Assembly: GCA_963677105.1 (NCBI GenBank) | Contig: OY781871.1 | Coordinates: 930,417 to 962,416 of the forward strand | Direction of reading: 5' to 3' | DNA length: 32,000 nt | Origin: Candidatus Saccharimonadota bacterium | GTDB taxonomy: Bacteria; Patescibacteriota; Gracilibacteria; UBA4473 | Shown: in pieces, positions 26,414-32,000 of the stretch | Layout: every line of letters starts with the position of its first letter | How positions within the stretch are numbered: the stretch's first letter is position 1 | Program-made: the position numbers and the translations under genes | The notes under the pieces: generated by a model | What the model was told of the DNA's origin: nothing | Databases searched by the model: none | What the model saw: the letters and a program-made list of their open reading frames with translations, nothing else

Positions 26414-26453
26414 ACGCGCGGCTTGCTTTTGCGAGAACGTAAATATAACGAAA

Positions 26454-26972
26454 ATGTCATTATTGATTCAGAAATTCGCCAATAAGTTTTGTAAAGAATC
26501 TGTACCAGATTTGCGTCCAGGAATGATTGTAAAAATTCATCAAAAAATTAAAGAAGGAAATAAGACGAGAGTGCAAATTTTTCAGGGAACAGTTATTGCT
26601 GTAAATCCAGGACACAACGTTGATGCGACTTTTACCGTTCGAAAAATATCAGAGGGAATTGGTGTTGAGAAAGTATTTCCATATCATTCTCCAAATGTTT
26701 TAAAAATTGAGGTTCAACGAGCACAAAAAGTTCGTCGAGCGAAATTAACATTTTTGCGAGAACGAAGTGGAAAAGCACTTCGATTGAAAGAAATTCCATT
26801 AAACTTGAGAGAGAATACATTTGAAAAAGTTGAACCGAAAGTTGAAGAAGCTCAGAAAGAAGAAGTGAAAAAGGAAGAACCAAAAAAAGAGGAACCGAAA
26901 GTAGAAGGGGTTATTGAAACAAAAGAAGAAGCACCAGCCGAAGAGAAGAAAGAAGAAAAAGCAGCAGAGTAG
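26454..26972 (+). CDS. rplS: 50S ribosomal protein L19 with a roughly 55-aa Lys/Glu-rich C-terminal extension
   Basis: L19 core: PGMIVKIHQKIKEGNKTRVQIFQGTVIAV...FTVRKISEGIGVEKVFPYHSPNVLKIEV...RRAKLTFLRERSGKA. Tail: EKVEPKVEEAQKEEVKKEEPKKEEPKVEG...EEKKEEKAAE. Confidence 0.93.
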   Translation: MSLLIQKFANKFCKESVPDLRPGMIVKIHQKIKEGNKTRVQIFQGTVIAVNPGHNVDATFTVRKISEGIGVEKVFPYHSPNVLKIEVQRAQKVRRAKLTFLRERSGKALRLKEIPLNLRENTFEKVEPKVEEAQKEEVKKEEPKKEEPKVEGVIETKEEAPAEEKKEEKAAE

Positions 26973-26998
26973 TTTTACTCACTAAATATTGAAATAAG

Positions 26999-27024
26999 AA
27001 TCTCGCTTTGGCGGGATTTTTTAT
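26999..27024 (+). terminator. Intrinsic terminator after rplS
   Basis: AATCTCGC (26999-27006) pairs with GCGGGATT (27011-27018) around a TTTG loop, with one G:U pair. A T-run extends to 27022. Confidence 0.7.
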
Positions 27025-27095
27025 TAATGATAAAGAGGGGTTTTGACAAACATCTTTTCTTTCTATATTTTTGATACACTTATTGAAATAAAAAT

Positions 27096-27350
27096 ATGGA
27101 ATATATAGATATTATGGGATATATAGCTGGAATATTGGTTGTAATTTCATTGTTACCACAAACAATTAAAAGTTGGCGGACAAAATCAACAAAAGATTTA
27201 TCTTTATGGAGATATATTATTTATTGTATTGGTTTAATGCTTTGGATTGGATACGCGATTATTATTGGTAATGGACCAGTTGCAGTAATGAATAGTATTG
27301 GATTGTTTTTTTCACTTTCTATTTTGTATCTAAAGATTAGATATAAATAA
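27096..27350 (+). CDS. SemiSWEET (PQ-loop, 3-TM sugar transporter half-unit)
   Basis: The protein is 84 aa with three TM helices. The LLPQTIKSWRTKSTKDLS PQ-loop motif and overall colinearity match known bacterial SemiSWEETs. Confidence 0.8.
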   Translation: MEYIDIMGYIAGILVVISLLPQTIKSWRTKSTKDLSLWRYIIYCIGLMLWIGYAIIIGNGPVAVMNSIGLFFSLSILYLKIRYK

Positions 27351-27355
27351 TACAA

Positions 27356-29008
27356 TTATGCTACATCAGATTTCTCTCCTAAATACGTCGTATATAAATA
27401 ATTTGTTTGAGCAGGGAATTCTGCTGCAAGTGTGTCGACTTGTTTTGCAACAGGAATAATTTCGTGTTTCTTGCGTAGTTTCCGTATATTTATTGTTGTA
27501 GTTTTCATTCGTTCTGCTATTTCTATATCACTAAAGCCAAGTACTTTTGCTTGAAGAAGAAGTTCTTTATTTATGGATTCTCGTTTATCTAATTCACGAG
27601 CACATACAGCAATACGATCTAATTGTTGCAAAAACCATCGATCGATTTTTGTCATTTCCCAAATCTTTTCTACATCAAATATTTCTCGATAAAGAGCTTG
27701 TGTTACAGCGAATAATCGTCGCGGAGAAGCAATGCGAATGGAGCTTTCTAGTTCAGAATCTTTAAATTTAATTGGCGAACAGAGAACTCCGTTTGATCCG
27801 ATTGCAAGCATTCGAACAGCTTTTTGTACTACTTCTGGAAAATTTCGTCCAAGAGCCATAACTTCTCCAACAGATTTCATTTCCGTTGCAATTTGATGAC
27901 TTACTTTTCGAAATTTTTGCAAATCCCAACGGGGGATTTTTAGTGCAACATAATCAAGTGCAGGTTCAAAGAAAGCAGTTGTTTTTTGCGTAATTGCGTT
28001 TGGAATTTCTGGGAGATTTTTCCCGAGAAGAATTTCGGCAGCAACGGCTGCAAGTGGATATCCAGAAGCCTTTGAAGCAAGCGCAGAACTTCGACTCAAT
28101 CGGGCGTTTACTTCAATAACACGATACTGTGTATCATCATTTGGATTTAGTGCATATTGAATGTTACATTCTCCCACAATTCCTAAATGACGGATTGTTT
28201 TTATCGCAACGGTTCGAAGGAGCTGAAATTCTCGGTTTGCCAATGTCATAGAAGGACTAATAACAATCGATTCTCCAGTATGAATTCCCAAAGGATCAAA
28301 GTTTTCCATATTCAACACAGTAATACAGTTGTCTGAGTTGTCTCGAACAACTTCATACTCAATTTCTTTCCATCCACGCAAATCCTCTTCAACGAGAACT
28401 TGTGGAGAGAAGGCAAGCGCTTCTTTTACCATTTTTTCAAAATCTTCTGGTCTCTCACAAAATCCAGAACCTTTTCCTCCAAGAGCAAATCCGGCTCGCA
28501 TAATAAGAGGAAACCCAATTTTTTTCGAAGCAGCAATAGCGTCTTCTAGTGAATACGCAGCAATTGAACGAGGAGTGAAAACATCGATTTCTTTTAATTT
28601 TTGTACGAAAATTTCTCTATCTTCAGTAGACTCAATCACGTTTACTGCTGTTCCCAAAACTTTTATCCCAAACTTTTTTAAAATACCTGATTTCTCGAGA
28701 GCAAGACCACAATTAAGCGCAGTTTGTCCTCCGAAAGAAAGAGCAAGTGCATCAGGTTGTTCTTGAGCAATAACTTTTACTACAAACTCAGGTGTGACCG
28801 GAGAAAAGTAGACTTTATCTGCTCCACAAAAATGAGGATCGGTTTCTATCCATTGAGGATCAGTTTGTACAGTTGCAATATTTGGATTAATGAGAATTAC
28901 CTCATGTCCAGCTTTTTTAAAGGTTTTGATAGCTTGTGAGCCAGAATAATCAAACTCACCTGCTTCACCAATTTTTAGTGCTCCAGATCCAAGAAGTAAA
29001 ATTTTCAT
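27356..29008 (-). CDS. carB: Carbamoyl-phosphate synthase large subunit, N-terminal half only (carboxyphosphate ATP-grasp plus oligomerisation domain)
   Basis: The sequence is colinear with E. coli CarB residues about 1-555: ILLLGSGALKIGEAGEFDYSGSQA, GGQTALN, EYEVVRD.SDNCI, IEVNARLSRSSALASKA.G.PLA, MKSVGEVMA.GR. It ends at VDTLAAEFPAQTNYLYTTY, the exact junction where the second homologous half normally begins. Confidence 0.9.
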   Translation of the reverse strand: MKILLLGSGALKIGEAGEFDYSGSQAIKTFKKAGHEVILINPNIATVQTDPQWIETDPHFCGADKVYFSPVTPEFVVKVIAQEQPDALALSFGGQTALNCGLALEKSGILKKFGIKVLGTAVNVIESTEDREIFVQKLKEIDVFTPRSIAAYSLEDAIAASKKIGFPLIMRAGFALGGKGSGFCERPEDFEKMVKEALAFSPQVLVEEDLRGWKEIEYEVVRDNSDNCITVLNMENFDPLGIHTGESIVISPSMTLANREFQLLRTVAIKTIRHLGIVGECNIQYALNPNDDTQYRVIEVNARLSRSSALASKASGYPLAAVAAEILLGKNLPEIPNAITQKTTAFFEPALDYVALKIPRWDLQKFRKVSHQIATEMKSVGEVMALGRNFPEVVQKAVRMLAIGSNGVLCSPIKFKDSELESSIRIASPRRLFAVTQALYREIFDVEKIWEMTKIDRWFLQQLDRIAVCARELDKRESINKELLLQAKVLGFSDIEIAERMKTTTINIRKLRKKHEIIPVAKQVDTLAAEFPAQTNYLYTTYLGEKSDVA

Positions 29009-30090
29009 TTTTGTAATTGTTCTATAAATTCATCAAACAAATATTCTGCATCTTCTGGTCCAGCACAAGCTTCTGGATGAAATTGTGTTGCAGAAAAGGG
29101 AAGTGTTTTATGACGAATTCCTTCTACGGTTCCATCGTTTAAATTTTCAAACCAAACTTCCCAATCATTTGACAGCGATTTTTCATCGACTACAAATCCG
29201 TGATTTTGCGTTGTAATTAAGCAACGCCCAGAATGTTTGTCTCGAACGGGTTGATTTACTCCGCGATGTCCATATTTCATTTTTTTTGTTGCTCCATTAG
29301 AAGCGAGTCCGAGCATTTGACATCCAAGACAAATTCCAAATGTAGGAATCTTTCTATGAATCGCTTCTCGAGCAATTTCAATTGTTTCAGTCATAGTGTC
29401 AGGATCTCCTGGACCATTTGAAAAGAAAATTCCATCAAATTTTTCATTCAACTCAAATGGATTTTGATTAAAAGGAACGCGAATTATTCGGATTCCACGA
29501 CGAAGAAAATTTCTAAAAATACCGTTTTTTGCACCACAATCAACAAAAGCGATGGTTATTCCTATCGGCTTATGTGGTTCCATAATTTCCATTATTTGAG
29601 GACTTACTGATGGAACAAATCTTCCGCGTAATTCATCAGAATATTTTTTATCAGCATTTTTCCCAAGTTTTCCCAATACGGTTCCATGTTCTCGTAATGT
29701 TTGTGTTAATTGTCTTGTGTCAACACCAGAAAGAGCAGGAATATTTTGTTCTTTGAGCCAAGCTTGAAAACTTTTTACAGCAGTTGAGTGAGAATGTTTC
29801 AAGCTTTCTTCAGCAATTACGACTCCTCGAACCCAAATCTTTGGTGATTCAAAAGTTTTATCTACTTTTGGGGCATGTTTGTAACCTTCAAAGTTTTTTG
29901 GATTTGGAACTCCATAATTTCCAATTAAAGGAAAAGTGAAAACAACAATTTGTCCAAAATAACTGGGATCAGTAAGAACTTCGAGATAGCCAGTCATTCC
30001 TGTTGTAAAAACTACTTCGCCAGTGGCACTTGCATTTGCACCAAAAGATTGTCCAGAAAATTCTTGTCCGTCTGCGAGAAATAGTTTCAT
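29005..30090 (-). CDS. carA: Carbamoyl-phosphate synthase small (glutaminase) subunit
   Basis: FTTGMTGYLEVLTDPSY, the class-I GATase nucleophile elbow FGICLGCQML, and the His/Glu context QFHPEA. ATGA overlaps are present at both ends. Confidence 0.93.
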   Translation of the reverse strand: MKLFLADGQEFSGQSFGANASATGEVVFTTGMTGYLEVLTDPSYFGQIVVFTFPLIGNYGVPNPKNFEGYKHAPKVDKTFESPKIWVRGVVIAEESLKHSHSTAVKSFQAWLKEQNIPALSGVDTRQLTQTLREHGTVLGKLGKNADKKYSDELRGRFVPSVSPQIMEIMEPHKPIGITIAFVDCGAKNGIFRNFLRRGIRIIRVPFNQNPFELNEKFDGIFFSNGPGDPDTMTETIEIAREAIHRKIPTFGICLGCQMLGLASNGATKKMKYGHRGVNQPVRDKHSGRCLITTQNHGFVVDEKSLSNDWEVWFENLNDGTVEGIRHKTLPFSATQFHPEACAGPEDAEYLFDEFIEQLQK

Positions 30091-31523
30091 GATTCAGTAT
30101 CTAATTGCATTTGATGTGCTATTTGTAATATACGAGCTTCTTGCATTGCTGGTCCGATGATTTGAATACCAATTGGTAATTCTTCATCAGAAACTCCAGC
30201 AGGAAGAGAAATTCCACATTGTCCAGCAAGACACGATGGAGCAAGAAACATGTCTTCAAGATACATTTTTAATGGATCATCTAGATTTTCACCGACTTTG
30301 AAAGCAGGTGTTGGAGAAACAGGAGAAAGTATTGCATCTACATTTTTCCATGCTTCATCAAAATCTTGTCGAATAAGTGTCCGTACACGTTGAGCTTGTC
30401 TATAATATTGATCAGAGTATCCAGAAGAGAGAACAAAGGTTCCAATGAGAATTCGTCGTTTTACTTCATCACCAAATCCGGAAGATCGTGATTCTGTATA
30501 AATATTTTGTAAATCTTCCTTGTTTTTACATTCTCCAAAACGAAGTCCGTCGTATCGTGCCTGGTTTGATGAAATTTCTCCAGGAGCAATAATATAATAT
30601 GCGGCAACAGCATATTTAGCATGAGGTAGCTCAATATCAATAATTTTTGCACCAAGAGAACGAAGTTGTTCTTCCGTCGCAGACATTACTTGTGCTACAT
30701 CAGAATCGATACCATCTTGAAAGAATTTCCGAGGAATTCCTATTTTCATTCCGTGAATAGAACGATCGAGAGATGAAATATAATCAGGTACTTCAACATC
30801 AGGAGTTGTTGAATCTTTTTCATCATGTCCAGCGATTACTTGAAGCATCATGGCACAATCTTTTGCAGTCTTTGCCATTGGACCAACAACATCAAGTGAA
30901 CTCGCCATTGGCATTGTTCCCCAGCGAGAAACTCGCCCGTAAGAAACTTTTAATCCAGTAACACCACAGAAATGAGAAGGATGTCGAATAGATCCATTTG
31001 TTTCTGTTCCAATCGCTCCAGCACAAAAATTAGCAGCTAATGCTGCAGCAGAACCACCAGAACTTCCTCCAGCAACATAATCTGTATTATGTGGATTTCG
31101 CGTAACACCAAATGCAGAGGTTTGGGTACTTGCTCCCATTGTAAATTCATCAGTGTTTGTTTTTCCAATAAGAACTGCACCAGCATTTTTTAATTTCTCC
31201 CAAACAGTCGCGTCATATGGAGACTGAAAATCTTTTAAAATATTTGAAGAAGCCGTCGTTTTAGATTCGGTAGTGCAGACAACATCTTTTAGTGCAATTG
31301 GCATTCCATCGAGAGGAGAAAGAAGTTCATTATTTTTTCTTCGAGCGTCGGCATCGTCAGCCATTTCTCTCGCTATATCAAATGTTGGAGTAACAAATGC
31401 GTTGATCTCTTTTTCACGAGATTCTATTTCTACAATGAAGGCTTCAGTTATTTCTCGAGAACTAGCCTCTCCGCTGTGAAATAGCTCAGAAAGTTCGGAA
31501 AGTGTTTTTTTTGCAAGATTCAT
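30087..31523 (-). CDS. gatA: Glu-tRNA(Gln) amidotransferase subunit A
   Basis: Amidase signature GGSSGGSAAALAA...GTETNGSIRHPS. ATG 31523 is preferred; it forms an ATGA overlap with the gatC stop. The track start 31577 would overlap gatC by 58 nt. Confidence 0.93.
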   Translation of the reverse strand: MNLAKKTLSELSELFHSGEASSREITEAFIVEIESREKEINAFVTPTFDIAREMADDADARRKNNELLSPLDGMPIALKDVVCTTESKTTASSNILKDFQSPYDATVWEKLKNAGAVLIGKTNTDEFTMGASTQTSAFGVTRNPHNTDYVAGGSSGGSAAALAANFCAGAIGTETNGSIRHPSHFCGVTGLKVSYGRVSRWGTMPMASSLDVVGPMAKTAKDCAMMLQVIAGHDEKDSTTPDVEVPDYISSLDRSIHGMKIGIPRKFFQDGIDSDVAQVMSATEEQLRSLGAKIIDIELPHAKYAVAAYYIIAPGEISSNQARYDGLRFGECKNKEDLQNIYTESRSSGFGDEVKRRILIGTFVLSSGYSDQYYRQAQRVRTLIRQDFDEAWKNVDAILSPVSPTPAFKVGENLDDPLKMYLEDMFLAPSCLAGQCGISLPAGVSDEELPIGIQIIGPAMQEARILQIAHQMQLDTES

Positions 31524-31816
31524 TTCTGAATATTTGGAATATGAATTTTTTGTTTCTCTATAGGATGAGGTGAGCACTCAATTAATTCTTTTTCATAAGA
31601 ACAACGATCGATTTCATCTTCTCTCCAAACATTTTCAAGTCCAGTAGTTTGAGACGTTTCAGGCACATTTTTTGTATTTACTTCTTGAAGTTGTGCAAAA
31701 AAATGAACAATTTTATCAAGTTGTGGAGCAAACTTTGCCGCTTCCTCAGCAGAGAGCCTCAATTTAGAAAGCTGTGCAAGGTGTTTGATGTCGTCAGGGG
31801 AAATATTACTCTTCAT
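31520..31816 (-). CDS. gatC: Glu-tRNA(Gln) amidotransferase subunit C
   Basis: Sequence is IKHLAQLSKLRLSAEEAAKFAPQLDKIVHFFAQLQEVNTKNV...REDE. Size and position immediately upstream of gatA fit gatC. Confidence 0.88.
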   Translation of the reverse strand: MKSNISPDDIKHLAQLSKLRLSAEEAAKFAPQLDKIVHFFAQLQEVNTKNVPETSQTTGLENVWREDEIDRCSYEKELIECSPHPIEKQKIHIPNIQK

Positions 31817-31896
31817 TTATCTTGCGTAGTGTACTTAAAAATAATCAGAAGTTAAAATTTTTCCTTGTGAAAATAAGATTGTTTTACTAAAAAAAC

Positions 31897-31924
31897 TTGC
31901 CAAAGCACTTGAAATTCGTAGTAT
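31897..31924 (+). promoter_or_regulatory. Second copy of the rplS-type strong promoter module, firing toward the right window edge
   Basis: An A7 tract and C precede TTGCCA (31897-31902), 16 nt spacer, TAGTAT (31919-31924), then T and CGCGCG. This is the same architecture as 26379-26420. No ORF follows within 31925-32000. Confidence 0.5.
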
Positions 31925-32000
31925 TCGCGCGTCGTCAAGCTAATCTGACTTAAGAGCAGCGGGAAGCGACAACTACTTACTTATTTATTTTCCCACAAAT

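Noticed and set aside
28329-28766. 145-aa plus-strand ORF antisense to carB
   Set aside because: It is a shadow ORF within a high-confidence carB half-gene.
1-32000. Alternative genetic code (TGA recoded), CRISPR arrays, tRNA/rRNA genes, and IS or integrase elements
   Set aside because: Six ATGA junctions use TGA as a stop, and all conserved genes are intact under the standard code. I saw no regularly spaced direct repeats, no tRNA-like cloverleaf sequence with a GGTTCGAAT-type T-loop in the intergenic gaps, and no transposase or integrase-like ORF.

Overview
The window is AT-rich and very gene-dense, with about 27 protein genes. Many neighbouring genes are joined by 1-4 nt ATGA or TAATG stop/start overlaps. 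It reads cleanly in the standard code, with TGA used as a stop. Most of it is core housekeeping: priA (5' partial), fmt, yggS-like, nadK, membrane pyrophosphatase hppA, pgk, gatB, a folC-family ligase, rnhA, proS, tig, rplS, carA, a half-size carB, gatA and gatC. Between these sit envelope or host-interaction type genes. They are a 1,664-aa secreted multi-LamG/jelly-roll protein, a secreted double SNase-domain protein, and an orphan solute-binding lipoprotein coupled to a Wzy/O-antigen-ligase-like membrane protein. There are also two tandem membrane metallophosphoesterase paralogs around a small membrane ORF, a SemiSWEET, an orphan DinJ/RelB-type RHH protein, a wHTH-nucleotidyltransferase-like fusion, and an 8-Cys zinc-ribbon ORF missing from the ORF track. 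I found no rRNA, tRNA, CRISPR array, transposase, integrase or reverse transcriptase. The compaction, weak Shine-Dalgarno usage, giant surface protein, secreted nuclease, PPase and SemiSWEET fit a reduced-genome Patescibacteria/CPR-like bacterium, but that is inference only. The items most worth follow-up are the giant modular lectin-like protein with its uncharacterised C-terminal tandem motif, the carB that stops exactly at the N-half/C-half boundary inside a gatC-gatA-carA-carB overlap-coupled operon, the gatB-coupled MPE/small-TM/MPE cassette, and a duplicated strong-promoter module whose second copy fires into ORF-free sequence at the right edge. None of these is proven to be a new system from sequence alone.
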